64,000 nucleotides of DNA from Candidatus Aldehydirespiratoraceae bacterium (GCA_965205465.1 OZ242187.1:2078890-2142889); one strand, 5' to 3'. Shown: positions 8,894 through 19,141, numbered from the stretch's first letter. Program-made: numbers and translations. The notes: a model not told the origin generated them from the sequence alone.

Positions 8894-9922
8894 TCAAGGA
8901 TGCGAATGCGGGAACTGATTGTAGACCAGCTTGCGCCAACCTTCGGCATCTGCGTCCAGCATAAGCTCGATTGTCTCAGAATCCGGCAATCGACCGACAT
9001 CGTGACGGCTTGTCAGAGCACTCATTGCCGTCACATGACCGAGTCGCTGGGCACGCCGGATGTCGTGCGGGCGTGTCAGCACCCCAAAGATGAATCCGGC
9101 CGCGAAAGCATCACCCGCTCCCATCGGATCGACCACAAGTCCACGAAGGGCGGGCTCAAAGTGCTGGGTCTCGGCCGTTATGGTGTGCACGCCGCGTTCG
9201 CCGTCCTTAACAACTATGCAATTTGGATCCGGGAGGAGCCTACGGATTTCGGAGACTTCGGTGATGTTCCATACGGCGGCTGCCTCGTCGGTTCCCACAA
9301 ACACAATATCGGCGCGGTTGGCCGCTTCTGTCAGCACACTTACCGCCTCCGTTGACGACCATAGAGTTGGGCGCCAGTTCAGATCGAAGGAGCGTAAGCA
9401 TTGCGACGGTTCGCTCAGCAGCGTGTTCACGAGATCGCGACAACCGTCGGATAGCGCCATCGTGATCCCGGTGAGATGCAGCAGCCTTGAGTTCAAACAG
9501 CGTTCGACAAGATGGCTATCAGGTGACATCTGAGAGGCTGCCGACCCCGTGCGGTAGTACTGAACGCGTCGATTCTGGAGCGGGATCTCCTTCATCATCA
9601 GCCCGGTTGGAGCGGTTTCGGAGAACTCGACGCCCGAAGTGTCCACACCGCTTGCCGAGATGGCATCGTGAACAAGCGACCCGGCAAGACCGATACCCAA
9701 TCGGCTGATCCAGCCTGTGCGGAGGCCCAATCCAGCGCAGTACCGCGCCACATTTGATTCAGCACCGCCGACATACCAACCGAATTGCTCCGAAGTGTTG
9801 TCACGGTAGAGCGTGAGCATTGATTCTCCGATTGTCAGGACATCGAAGGCGCAATCGTTTGGTTCGGAGTTGTTAGACATTTGACTCAGATCGTTTTTGG
9901 GGCCGGCGTCAATGGAGGACAT
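8894..9922 (-). CDS. PfkB-family sugar kinase, 2-dehydro-3-deoxygluconokinase-like
   Basis: FDVLTIGESML N-terminal motif and DPMGAGDAFAAGF C-terminal PfkB motif. The start is ambiguous (ATG 9922 or 9880). The rest of ORF ..10003 looks like an artefactual extension. Confidence 0.8.
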   Translation of the reverse strand: MSSIDAGPKNDLSQMSNNSEPNDCAFDVLTIGESMLTLYRDNTSEQFGWYVGGAESNVARYCAGLGLRTGWISRLGIGLAGSLVHDAISASGVDTSGVEFSETAPTGLMMKEIPLQNRRVQYYRTGSAASQMSPDSHLVERCLNSRLLHLTGITMALSDGCRDLVNTLLSEPSQCLRSFDLNWRPTLWSSTEAVSVLTEAANRADIVFVGTDEAAAVWNITEVSEIRRLLPDPNCIVVKDGERGVHTITAETQHFEPALRGLVVDPMGAGDAFAAGFIFGVLTRPHDIRRAQRLGHVTAMSALTSRHDVGRLPDSETIELMLDADAEGWRKLVYNQFPHSHP

Positions 9923-10039
9923 CGTTGAATAGGCAACACCGGTTATCGGCGGGGTGAAGCAGGAGGGGGTTGCGGCACCCCGCCGACAACCGCGGACGAT
10001 CAAGCGCGATCCTCCGAGTTGCTGAGCTTTGACGAGTTG

Positions 10040-11668
10040 CTAGGAGTCCAGCTCGATGTTTTCGACAATCAACATTGTGTCCACGGTCACCGCCGCTCCA
10101 GAAACGCTGTCCGACACCGCGCTTGTGTTCTGGTTGTATGCGATGTTGATGACCCAAGAGAGATCAAGAAGGACATCACGGAGATTCGCGAACGCGGCGG
10201 CTTGGTCAGACGGAGTGAGCGCTGTCGAAGCTTGGTTTATGGCATCGACATACTCCTGTGGGAGACCGTCGGGCCAACCGCGGTTGTCCTCGAGCCGGAA
10301 TGTAGAATTTCCCGTGAGTCGCGTCGGGTACTTCGCAAGATTTCCGTTGAAGTTGGTAATGAGGCCATAGTCCTTGGACACGTAGAAGTCGGCGAAAGCA
10401 GCCCCGTCGAGACTGTTGATCTCCATGTCAAATCCGATCTTGGCCAGATCGGCCTGAAGGATTTGACCCATCAGAAGCATCTGCGGTGTTCCGCTGTTGA
10501 TGTTCAGAACGGCGGAGGTTGGTGCGCCTTGCGCGACTCCGGCGTCGAACAATTCCTGTGCACGATCAAGGCTGAACGCGTATTCGGTGTTCAATGCGTC
10601 GTCGTAGGCGGGTGATGATTGTGCCCACGGCAGCACGGTCGGTTGACTCTGACCGAACAAAGCGGCTTCCACAATCCCTTCACGATTCGTGGCGTACTGC
10701 AACATTTGCCGCATATTCGGGTTGTCAAACGGTGGTCGATCGGCGTTCAATTGGAACGCATAGGTCAAAGAACCCGGATGGCCTCGCAGAATATTGTTCT
10801 CCGAGAGGCTGGCTGCGTCCTTGAGCGGAATGTTCCAGGCGATGTCGATCGCTCCAGAGTTGTAGGCCGCAAGTTGTGCGTCGCTGTCGTCGAATACCGT
10901 GTAGATGATCTGATCGACATACGGCCCGCCAGATCCCCAGTAATTGTCGTTGGCAGCGAGAACGAGTTCAACGCCGGGCTGCCACGATTCGAACTTGAAC
11001 GGTCCAGCTCCAGCGGCCCGAGTGGCAAGGTCATCAATTCCGGCTGGATCGATTATCGAAATGGCCTGGAGAATGTCGGTGATCGCCAACTCGGGTAGAG
11101 GATGCTTGAAATCAATGAGCACGGTGGAGTCGTCGACAGCCGAGACTGCCTCGATATCGACAGCGAACCCGAGCATGTTGTTTCCCGTCTCCGGGTCCAT
11201 GGCACGCTCATAGGTTGTCACGACGGCTGCTGCGTCAACCGGGCCACCATCGTGGAAGGCGACGCCATCGCGAAGGGTGACGGTCACTGATCTGCTGTCA
11301 GCCGCTACATCCCAGCTCGAAGCCAGGCTCGGCGAAACGTTGAGATCAGAGTCATACCGAACCAAAGCGTCGTACATTGCCATGATGGTGGGAAAGTGTT
11401 CGAAGTTCAGCGCGAACGGATCGAAGTTCAGGACATCCTGGTTCACGCCAATTCGAAGCGTGCCGCCACTCTCAGCGGGCGTTTCTTCAGCGGTGCCTTC
11501 GTCGGGTTCCTCGGGTGTGTCTCCACCTGAGGAGTCGTCGCCATCGTCGGGTTGCTCGGTCGGGTCTTCGCTGGACTCTTGGTCGTCATCGTCTCCGCAC
11601 GCCGTAGCGACGAGCGAGAAGACGAGTAGGAGACTGAGAAGCAGCCAACTGCGTTTGCGGGGATTCAT
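10040..11668 (-). CDS. ABC transporter substrate-binding lipoprotein, family 5 (peptide/nickel/opine type)
   Basis: ATG 11668 with AAAGGAAA upstream gives MNPRKRSWLLLSLLLVFSLVATAC (lipobox). A D/E/S-rich linker is followed by an SBP_bac_5-like body. Confidence 0.9.
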   Translation of the reverse strand: MNPRKRSWLLLSLLLVFSLVATACGDDDDQESSEDPTEQPDDGDDSSGGDTPEEPDEGTAEETPAESGGTLRIGVNQDVLNFDPFALNFEHFPTIMAMYDALVRYDSDLNVSPSLASSWDVAADSRSVTVTLRDGVAFHDGGPVDAAAVVTTYERAMDPETGNNMLGFAVDIEAVSAVDDSTVLIDFKHPLPELAITDILQAISIIDPAGIDDLATRAAGAGPFKFESWQPGVELVLAANDNYWGSGGPYVDQIIYTVFDDSDAQLAAYNSGAIDIAWNIPLKDAASLSENNILRGHPGSLTYAFQLNADRPPFDNPNMRQMLQYATNREGIVEAALFGQSQPTVLPWAQSSPAYDDALNTEYAFSLDRAQELFDAGVAQGAPTSAVLNINSGTPQMLLMGQILQADLAKIGFDMEINSLDGAAFADFYVSKDYGLITNFNGNLAKYPTRLTGNSTFRLEDNRGWPDGLPQEYVDAINQASTALTPSDQAAAFANLRDVLLDLSWVINIAYNQNTSAVSDSVSGAAVTVDTMLIVENIELDS

Positions 11669-11799
11669 GGTATTTCCTTTCAGTTTGTCGTCCGTGTAGC
11701 CAGCGCTTTCCTTCAGCACTTTGTGGCTCGAACGTTGAATTTTCATTTCTTGAGGGCGTAGTTGGTGTATACGTCTGTGCAGAGATCGCTTCCTTTCGC

Positions 11800-12750
11800 T
11801 TAGCCGCTTCGAATTCGAGGATTCAGAAAGCTGTAGAGAATGTCCGTGGCGAGATTCACGAGCGAGAAGATCACCACTACAACGAGGACCGCGCCCTGAA
11901 CGACAACAAAGTCGCGTTGAAGAATGGAACTCAGGATTAAACGGCCGATACCCGGGTAGTTGAATACCGACTCGGTGACGAGCGCTCCCCCGAGAAAGGT
12001 GCCGAACTGGATACCTACGACGGTGAGGGTCGGCAGAGAGGCGGCACGAAATGCGTGCTTGTAGACAAGCTTCGACTCGCTGACGCCCTTTGCCCGAGCG
12101 GTTCGGATGTAGTCCAGGCCGAGCACTTCAACCATTGATGCCCGAACGAACCGAGCGATGATTCCAGAGACGAAGAAACCGAGCGTGAAAGCGGGACCGA
12201 TCGTCAACTGGAACGCTGCGGCGGGATCCTTCCAAAATGGCACGTAACTTGATGCGGTGGGCACCCATCCGAGCGTGATCCCGAACAAGAGGATGAAGAG
12301 GATTCCGATCCAGAATGTGGGGACTGCAAGGCTGACGGCGGCGTAGCTGGCAACGAATTTGTCCAGCCATGAGCCCTCTCGACTGGCGGCCAACAACCCG
12401 AGTGGAATACCGGCGACTAGCCCGATGGTCATTGTTGCGAGCGTCAACTGAATTGTTGCGGGCATGCGGTTGCCGATGAGGCTCGTGGTGGGGGACTGGC
12501 TCACGATTGATGTGCCCAAGTCACCAGTCAGCACGCGCCCCAGCCATTCGATGTACTGAACTGGTAGCGGCTGATCGAAGCCGAGTTCGGAGCGAACCCG
12601 TGCCATTTGTTCTGGACTGGCATCAAGACCTGTGACAGTGACGACCGGATCCCCGGGGACAAGATGGATCATCAAGAAGATGCCCACCGATGCCAGCAAC
12701 AGGAGCGGGATCATGGCGATGATGCGAGTCGCGACGTAGCGGTACATCAT
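11800..12750 (-). CDS. ABC transporter permease (DppB/OppB-like)
   Basis: 316 aa multi-TM protein, N-terminus MYRYVATRIIAMIPLLLL, EAA-like loop. A 4-nt overlap links it to the upstream permease gene. Confidence 0.9.
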   Translation of the reverse strand: MMYRYVATRIIAMIPLLLLASVGIFLMIHLVPGDPVVTVTGLDASPEQMARVRSELGFDQPLPVQYIEWLGRVLTGDLGTSIVSQSPTTSLIGNRMPATIQLTLATMTIGLVAGIPLGLLAASREGSWLDKFVASYAAVSLAVPTFWIGILFILLFGITLGWVPTASSYVPFWKDPAAAFQLTIGPAFTLGFFVSGIIARFVRASMVEVLGLDYIRTARAKGVSESKLVYKHAFRAASLPTLTVVGIQFGTFLGGALVTESVFNYPGIGRLILSSILQRDFVVVQGAVLVVVVIFSLVNLATDILYSFLNPRIRSG

Positions 12751-13691
12751 CCTCCTCTTCCCGAGGCCGCATCAGCGGCGCCTGCTCCCCAGCGCCGTTG
12801 GAGTGCACGCCCGAGGATGTCGATGGCCAGAACGGTCGCTGTCAAAACAATCCCGGGCAATACTGAGTACCACGCGGATAGGTTCAAGTAGGATTTTCCG
12901 GTACTCAGCAACGAACCCCACGAAGCATCTGGAGGTTGAGTCCCAAGCCCGAGAAAGCTCAGGGCAGCTTCAAGAAGAATCGCGTTTGCTGCGGCCACGC
13001 TGGCTTGAACAATGAGTGGACTCAAGGCGTTGGGGAAGATCGTGCGAAACATCAAGTACAGATGGCCCGCTCCCGCACAGCGGGTGGCATGAACGAAGTC
13101 CTCCTCCTTTGTGGACAGGACACTGGCGCGGGCGAGCCGTGCGAATGCCGGTATCGACACAATGGTCACGGCGATGGTTGCGGGGCCGAATCCCGCGCCT
13201 AGTACAGCGGCGATCGTGATAGCCAACAGGATTCCCGGTACGGCCAGTAGGAAGTCCATGAGGCGCATGATCGCGGCTCCGGTAGCTCCCTCAATGTAGC
13301 CGGCAACGAGACCGCAAAGCGCGCCGACGGTCCCCGCAACGGTGACAGCAATCACCGCGGTCGTCAGTGATATTCGACTTCCGTGGATGACACGACTCAA
13401 CAAGTCCCGGCCGAGTTCGTCTGTACCGAATAGATGGGATCGTGAGGGGCCTTTGAGTGTCAGGCTGAGGTCTTGTTCAAGAGGGCTGAAAGGGGCAATT
13501 CGGGCAGCCGCGATCGCTACCACCCCAAGGGCTGTCAAATAGACGATGGCGACAGCAGCAGGCCGCTCAGACCGTAGCCAAAGACGTGTGGCATCGATCT
13601 TCTGAAGCGATTTGTGGCGTCGAGTAAGTAAAGCCTCGAACTCCGGGTCGTTTGGGAGTGTGTCGGGGCGATGCTGTAGCGGTGATGTCAT
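12747..13691 (-). CDS. ABC transporter permease (DppC/OppC-like)
   Basis: 314 aa multi-TM protein with HLFGTDELGRDLLSRV, typical of DppC-type permeases. A 4-nt overlap links it to the ATPase gene. Confidence 0.9.
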   Translation of the reverse strand: MTSPLQHRPDTLPNDPEFEALLTRRHKSLQKIDATRLWLRSERPAAVAIVYLTALGVVAIAAARIAPFSPLEQDLSLTLKGPSRSHLFGTDELGRDLLSRVIHGSRISLTTAVIAVTVAGTVGALCGLVAGYIEGATGAAIMRLMDFLLAVPGILLAITIAAVLGAGFGPATIAVTIVSIPAFARLARASVLSTKEEDFVHATRCAGAGHLYLMFRTIFPNALSPLIVQASVAAANAILLEAALSFLGLGTQPPDASWGSLLSTGKSYLNLSAWYSVLPGIVLTATVLAIDILGRALQRRWGAGAADAASGRGG

Positions 13692-15796
13692 GGGCCGCTC
13701 ACTTCATCCGCAATCCCCCTCAAGTGGCAGGCAATCTTGTGGGGTGCATTGTCTATCGACTCAAGAGGAGGAATCACAGAGGAGCAGACGTCTTGTCGGA
13801 TTGGGCAACGCAGGCGATACGGGCAGCCTTGCTCTGCGATTTTGATGCCGACATCGGCAGAACTGACGGCGAGTTCGTCGAGTTGCCGGGCAGGGTCCGC
13901 ACCGGGAATTGCGGCCAGTAATGCTCTCGTGTACGGGTGTTTCGCAGAATGGAATATGTCGTCGGCAGTACCGATTTCAACGATGCGTCCGGCGAACATG
14001 ACCGCGACGTGGTCAGCAAGTTGTCGGACTACGGCAAGATCATGAGAAATGAAGAGGTAGGTCAGGCCTAGTTCGGTTTGGAGGTCTGCGAGCAGGTTGA
14101 GGATTTGGGCCTGAATTGAGACATCAAGAGCAGAAACCGCCTCGTCGAGCACGAGAAAGCGCGAATCCAGAACCAGTGCCCTGGCGATTGCGATCCGCTG
14201 TCGCTGGCCCCCGGAGAGCACTACTGGTCGTCTGTTCCACTGATTTGGGTTGAGCCTTACGCGGTCAAGCAGGAGATCAACGCGTTCGCGGGAGTCGCTG
14301 TCGAAACGTCCCTGGATCTTCAGTGGTTCGGCGACCAGTTGACGGGCGGTCAAGCGCGGGTTGAGAGAACCGAAAGGATCCTGGAAGACCATCTGAAGTT
14401 TGCGCCGGGCGTCGCGTAGTTGCTTGCCTCCTGACTTTGCCAAGTCGATGCCATCGAAGAGGATCTCGCCTGACGTAGGTTTGTGCAGGCGCAGAATCAT
14501 CTTTGCAGTGGTCGATTTTCCAGAGCCGGACTCGCCCACCAAGGCCAGGGTTTTCCCGGCCATCACATCGAACGAGATATGATTGACGGCGACGCTCTCG
14601 CGTTGGGTTGAGAAGAGCCCCGTGCGAAGCGAGAATCGTTTTTCGAGGTTCTTGACTTGTAACACCGGAACGCGGTCGGTTTCTGCGTCGCTTATGGGCT
14701 TCGCGTGGCGCGCGGAGGAACGTTTGAGATCGACTTCAACTGCGCTGGTACGGCTGCTGAAGTGGCAGGCAGACTCGTGGAGGTTGTTGGTGCTCACCAG
14801 AACTGGCCGGGTCGTTCGGCAGATTGTCTCTCCAACTCCGATGTCGCATCTCGGATGGAAGGAACACCCCGCGGGGAGGTCGGTTGGATCTGGAGGTGAA
14901 CCCTGGATTGAGACCTGTCGCTCGGCGCGTTCGTGAAGTGCGGGGAGGCTCCTCAGCAATGCAGCGGTGTATGGGTGTTGTGGATTGTGAAGCACCTCTT
15001 GGGCCGGACCGGATTCCACAACCGAACCGGCGTACATGACCGCCACCCGATCTGAGATCTGGGCAACTACTCGCAAGTCGTGGGTGATGAAAATAACGGC
15101 GGCTTGCGTCTCCCTTTTGACGACGCGAAGTAGGTCGAGGATCTCGGCCTGGATGGTGACGTCAAGTGCCGTGGTGGGTTCGTCAGCGATGATCACGTCA
15201 GGCTGATTGGCGATAGCCATGGCAATCATGCAGCGTTGTCTCATCCCTCCCGAAAACTCGTGGGGATACTGGTTCATCCGCTCTTCTGCCGGGGCGATTC
15301 CAACGCTGGTCAGCAGTTCGACACAGCGCTGACGGTTCTCTGTTGTCGATAGTCCTTGCTGATGAACGCGGATCGCTTCGCTGAGTTGGGAACCGATCGT
15401 GTAGGAGGGATGGAGGGAAGTGGTTGGATCCTGAAAAATCATTGAGATGCGACGGCCCCGAACCTCGCGGAGTTGGCGATGATCAGCGGCGAGAAGATCG
15501 TCACCGTTGAGCAGGATCCTGCCTCCTAGAACGCGTGCGGGTGGCTCTGGGAGTAGCCGCAACACCGACATTGCGGTTGCGCTTTTTCCCGACCCGGATT
15601 CGCCGATGATTCCAAGCGTTTCACCACGGCGGACTGTGAGCGATACGTTGTTGACAGCTTGAACCGGAGCGTCGGTCGAAGCGAATTCCACGGTCAAGCC
15701 GTCTATTTCCAAAAGCACATCGGAGGACGATCGGGCGTTGCCGGTCATGTGTTGGCTCTGATCGTGATGACGGTTATCCACCGCGGCCCTTGGCAT
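13688..15796 (-). CDS. Fused double ABC ATPase (DppD-DppF type)
   Basis: Two Walker A motifs (GESGSGKS twice), two LSGGQ/LSGGMRQR signatures and oligopeptide-type C-terminal Cys motifs. The start may instead be the internal ATG 15748. Confidence 0.9.
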   Translation of the reverse strand: MPRAAVDNRHHDQSQHMTGNARSSSDVLLEIDGLTVEFASTDAPVQAVNNVSLTVRRGETLGIIGESGSGKSATAMSVLRLLPEPPARVLGGRILLNGDDLLAADHRQLREVRGRRISMIFQDPTTSLHPSYTIGSQLSEAIRVHQQGLSTTENRQRCVELLTSVGIAPAEERMNQYPHEFSGGMRQRCMIAMAIANQPDVIIADEPTTALDVTIQAEILDLLRVVKRETQAAVIFITHDLRVVAQISDRVAVMYAGSVVESGPAQEVLHNPQHPYTAALLRSLPALHERAERQVSIQGSPPDPTDLPAGCSFHPRCDIGVGETICRTTRPVLVSTNNLHESACHFSSRTSAVEVDLKRSSARHAKPISDAETDRVPVLQVKNLEKRFSLRTGLFSTQRESVAVNHISFDVMAGKTLALVGESGSGKSTTAKMILRLHKPTSGEILFDGIDLAKSGGKQLRDARRKLQMVFQDPFGSLNPRLTARQLVAEPLKIQGRFDSDSRERVDLLLDRVRLNPNQWNRRPVVLSGGQRQRIAIARALVLDSRFLVLDEAVSALDVSIQAQILNLLADLQTELGLTYLFISHDLAVVRQLADHVAVMFAGRIVEIGTADDIFHSAKHPYTRALLAAIPGADPARQLDELAVSSADVGIKIAEQGCPYRLRCPIRQDVCSSVIPPLESIDNAPHKIACHLRGIADEVSGP

Positions 15797-15846
15797 GACG
15801 TTTCACTCAAGCGTGCCATCGGTCTATCAATAGCACCGCCCTTCCT

Positions 15847-15879
15847 ATATTGCAATAGATGCATAGAATATTGCAATAT
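15847..15879. promoter_or_regulatory. Two palindromic ATATTGCAATAT boxes, 21 bp apart, upstream of the ABC operon
   Basis: 15847-15858 ATATTGCAATAg (11/12) and 15868-15879 ATATTGCAATAT (perfect 12-bp palindrome), separated by TAGATGCAT, which resembles the eda operator core. Confidence 0.4.
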
Positions 15880-15968
15880 ATGCAGTCAGTGTAAGAATCG
15901 GGACGCGCAAGTCAACCAATCAAGCCAGCTCTCCGAGGTCAGCCTTAACGGAAAGAAGCGAGAGGAAA

Positions 15969-16742
15969 CTAGTGGCGGGGGCCGCCGCGGTCGCCGGGCC
16001 AGCGGCTACCTCCGATGACGTCGGCGTGGGGCCAGAAGGCGATGGGGTCTAGAGGGCCGGCGTTGGTGATGTCGCGTGCTTTGGCTTGATGGGTGACCAA
16101 CTGGGACGACACCAGATCCTTGATCGGCAGGTAACGCGCCACTGGATCCCATGGTGAGTCGAGGAGTTTCAGATCACCGTCGATCTCCTCCACATGGATC
16201 TGCTCAAAGCGAGTGGCCACGTCGACCACATGGGGTGGGAAGTCATATTGCTTCTCGGCACCACCGATGGCACGGGAATACTTGGTCCACCACTCGTGCT
16301 CAACAAACTCACCCTCAACAGGGTCGCCCACACCAGTCACCTCACCTGAGAACTCAATGAAGGTGTAGCCCTGATGAACGGTACGAGCACCGACATGATC
16401 ACCGAGACGGAAGAACTCGATATCGCAGAGAAACTTGGGTTGGCCGTTGAGCTCACCGCTGATGAACACCGCAGCCTCCTGATCAATCCCCATACCGAGG
16501 TTGTAAGCCCCCTCGACACCGTTGAAAGAAGCCGGAACCTTCACGCTGACGCCGAACTCGGGTTCACCGAGAATAGGCACACAATAAATGCCTATCTGCA
16601 CAACCGGGTCGAGCGCAGTGAGCCCGGGAGGCAACAGCGGGGCGACGTTGGCCTCGTCGGTGGTGTACTTGACGACGAGCTTGGGCCAGCCGGCTACCTC
16701 ACCCGGACGGCTCATCGGCGCAGTGTTTTCTAGCGTGGTCAT
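15969..16742 (-). CDS. Acetoacetate decarboxylase (ADC)-family-like protein
   Basis: 257-aa ORF with strong coding bias. Size and beta-rich pattern recall ADC/MppR-like proteins. The family call is tentative. Confidence 0.5.
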   Translation of the reverse strand: MTTLENTAPMSRPGEVAGWPKLVVKYTTDEANVAPLLPPGLTALDPVVQIGIYCVPILGEPEFGVSVKVPASFNGVEGAYNLGMGIDQEAAVFISGELNGQPKFLCDIEFFRLGDHVGARTVHQGYTFIEFSGEVTGVGDPVEGEFVEHEWWTKYSRAIGGAEKQYDFPPHVVDVATRFEQIHVEEIDGDLKLLDSPWDPVARYLPIKDLVSSQLVTHQAKARDITNAGPLDPIAFWPHADVIGGSRWPGDRGGPRH

Positions 16743-16841
16743 TAGCAGTCCTCCGTTGGACTCAGATTTACAAGGGCGATCAACACTGATCTACAATGCC
16801 CGGGTTCGGGTAGAAAGCTCAAATCGTAAAGGAGCACACCC

Positions 16842-18131
16842 ATGCCGAATCTCCTCGAAGGCGTTGACCAAAGCAACGCTCCATACATCATCGTGTCGTC
16901 GGACACCCACGCCGGGTTGTTCGTTGAGGACTACCGCGAGTACCTCGAATCATCCGTGCACGCCGAGTTCGACGAGTGGTTGGTGACGCGCCACCAGCAG
17001 CGGGCGATGGTCGAAGAACTCAACGGCGAATACGTGGAGCAGTGGGAGCGGGAGAACGAAGTCGGTCTCAAAGGCGCTTACGACCCCGAGATCCGCGACA
17101 AAACCCTTGATGCAGACGGCGTGGCCGGGGAGATCATCTTCGCCGACGGCGACGCAGTGACCGGAATGGAAGCACCGCCTTTCGGGGCAGGGCTTCAAGC
17201 CGGGATGATCACCGACCCCAGACTTGCCTGGGCCGGAGCCCGAGCACACAACCGCTGGCTCGAAGAGTTCTGTGCCACCAACCCTCCCCGACGTGCCGGG
17301 GTAGCGCTCGTGCCGATCACCCACGGAGTTGCCGAATCGGTCAAGGAGATAGAGTCGCTGGCCGGGAAACCAGGGGTCAAGGGAATCATGATCCCCACCA
17401 TGTGGCACGACAACGCTTCCTACGGCCACGAGAGCTACGACCCGGTATGGGCCGCCTGTGCAGAAGCTGGGCTGGTGGTTCACACCCACTCCGGTGAGGC
17501 CGACTCCGGGTCTTACAACGACAACATGGCCCAATACATGCTGGAAGTGGCGTTCTGGACCCACCGACCGCTGTGGCAACTGCTGCTCTCCGGCAAGTTC
17601 GACAAGTTCCCGAACCTCAGATATGCACCTGTTGAATGCGGCTCCTGGTGGCTCGGCGACCTGCTGTTCAAAACCGACGCGGTCTTCGGCGGTCGCAACT
17701 GGAAGGTCAAGAAGATGGCCTCCCGAACCAAGGGCCTGATCCAGAAACTGCCCTCGGAGTACATCGGTACCAACGTTTTCATCGGTGCGTCGACCATGAG
17801 CAAAGTCGAACTTCGCCGCCGTTACGTGAACGGTATTGATGCGCTGATGTGGGGCACCGACTATCCCCATCCGGAGGGATCGTGGCCGCACACCCTCGAA
17901 CGTCTTGAGACTGATTTCCAGGAGATCCCGGTGGAGGAGACGCGGTTACTGCTCGGCCTCAACGCGGTGCGCTGCTACGACCTCGATCTCGACGGTCTCA
18001 CCAAGATCGCCGAAGACATCGGTCCAACGCCGTTGGAACTGAACCAGGACCTCAGCCTGCGCACCTCGCCCACTGCCATCCGTGAGGCCCGATTCTGGTT
18101 CGAGGACTACAACATCGAGTGGCCCGACTAG
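16842..18131 (+). CDS. Amidohydrolase_2 (ACMSD-like) family metal-dependent hydrolase/decarboxylase
   Basis: IVSSDTHAG at the N-terminus, HTHSGE, and WGTDYPHPEGSW near the C-terminus. AAAGGAG lies upstream of the ATG. Confidence 0.8.
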   Translation: MPNLLEGVDQSNAPYIIVSSDTHAGLFVEDYREYLESSVHAEFDEWLVTRHQQRAMVEELNGEYVEQWERENEVGLKGAYDPEIRDKTLDADGVAGEIIFADGDAVTGMEAPPFGAGLQAGMITDPRLAWAGARAHNRWLEEFCATNPPRRAGVALVPITHGVAESVKEIESLAGKPGVKGIMIPTMWHDNASYGHESYDPVWAACAEAGLVVHTHSGEADSGSYNDNMAQYMLEVAFWTHRPLWQLLLSGKFDKFPNLRYAPVECGSWWLGDLLFKTDAVFGGRNWKVKKMASRTKGLIQKLPSEYIGTNVFIGASTMSKVELRRRYVNGIDALMWGTDYPHPEGSWPHTLERLETDFQEIPVEETRLLLGLNAVRCYDLDLDGLTKIAEDIGPTPLELNQDLSLRTSPTAIREARFWFEDYNIEWPD

Positions 18132-18177
18132 GCCTGTCAGCGGTTTCCACACCGGTTAGCGGAGGCGGAAATCGTAT

Positions 18178-18203
18178 AATCAACGTTGCGGAAATCGTTG
18201 ATT
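18178..18203. terminator. Possible bidirectional terminator hairpin between convergent genes
   Basis: AATCAACG-n10-CGTTGATT (8-bp stem) between the amidohydrolase (+) and SDR (-) stops. There is no clear U-tract. Confidence 0.3.
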
Positions 18204-18252
18204 CAGATTGTGAACAGCGCTTTGTTCGTACCTGATGGCTACGTTTCTCGCG

Positions 18253-18993
18253 TTAGCTGGTGACGGAACCGCCATTGAGGTTGATTGTCTGGCCGGTCAT
18301 CCAACTGGCCTCTTCGCTGGCGAGGTAAACGCAGATAGCGCCGATATCGGCGGGCGTGCCGAGGCGTTTCAGGGGGATCCCGCGGGCGAGATGTTCGGTG
18401 TAGTCTCCACCGGCGGTGTTGTCCATCAAGCCGATAGCCACGCTGTTTGCAGTAACCCCGAGCTTGGCATTCTCCAAGGCCAGCGACCGCATGAACCCCA
18501 GCCCACCGCCCTTGCCCGCTGAGTAGGGCGCCACGCCGATCCCGACACCGGACGCGCCCGCACCTGACGAGATTGTGATTATCCGCCCCCAGCCGGTGTC
18601 GACCATCGGGTTGATCACGGCGTGTACGCAGTTCAGCACACCTCGAAGGTTGACCTCGATGGGGCTGTCCCATTCGGTTGGGTCCATCTCGCTGAACGGT
18701 TTGGGCCGCATCTGTTCAGCACCGCCGTTGCCGGCGTTGTTGACGAGAATGTTGATGGGCGGGTGTTCGGCGAGTTCGGCCTGGATGGCGTCGAGATCGG
18801 TCACATCGAACGCTCCAGGTGCGGCCGATCCTCCCGCAGCGACGATTTGATCGGCAACCGCAGCCGCTCGTTCGGGGAGAAGATCGTTGACCAGAACATG
18901 TGCCCCCTGGGTTGCCAGAGCCGAGGCGATGCCCGCCCCCACGTTCTGCCCCGCCCCCGTTACCAACGCCGTCTTGTCGGATAGATCAAACAT
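18253..18993 (-). CDS. SDR-family oxidoreductase (FabG-like)
   Basis: The internal ATG 18993 gives MFDLSDKTALVTGAGQNVGAG (TGxxxGxG), NNAG and YSAGK motifs. The upstream 106 codons of the ORF are an artefactual extension antisense to glnS. Confidence 0.9.
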   Translation of the reverse strand: MFDLSDKTALVTGAGQNVGAGIASALATQGAHVLVNDLLPERAAAVADQIVAAGGSAAPGAFDVTDLDAIQAELAEHPPINILVNNAGNGGAEQMRPKPFSEMDPTEWDSPIEVNLRGVLNCVHAVINPMVDTGWGRIITISSGAGASGVGIGVAPYSAGKGGGLGFMRSLALENAKLGVTANSVAIGLMDNTAGGDYTEHLARGIPLKRLGTPADIGAICVYLASEEASWMTGQTINLNGGSVTS

Positions 18994-19141
18994 CCACCGG
19001 ACGCTAGCCGACACAAGCCTGCTCGCCGAAATCTCTTGCGCGGCTCCGGCTACGCCCGGCGGCAACACCTCGTAGCCTGAGATCCGTGAAAGAAACCCCA
19101 CCGGTTCGACCAGTAACTCGGGTACCGACTTCATCCGGGAG

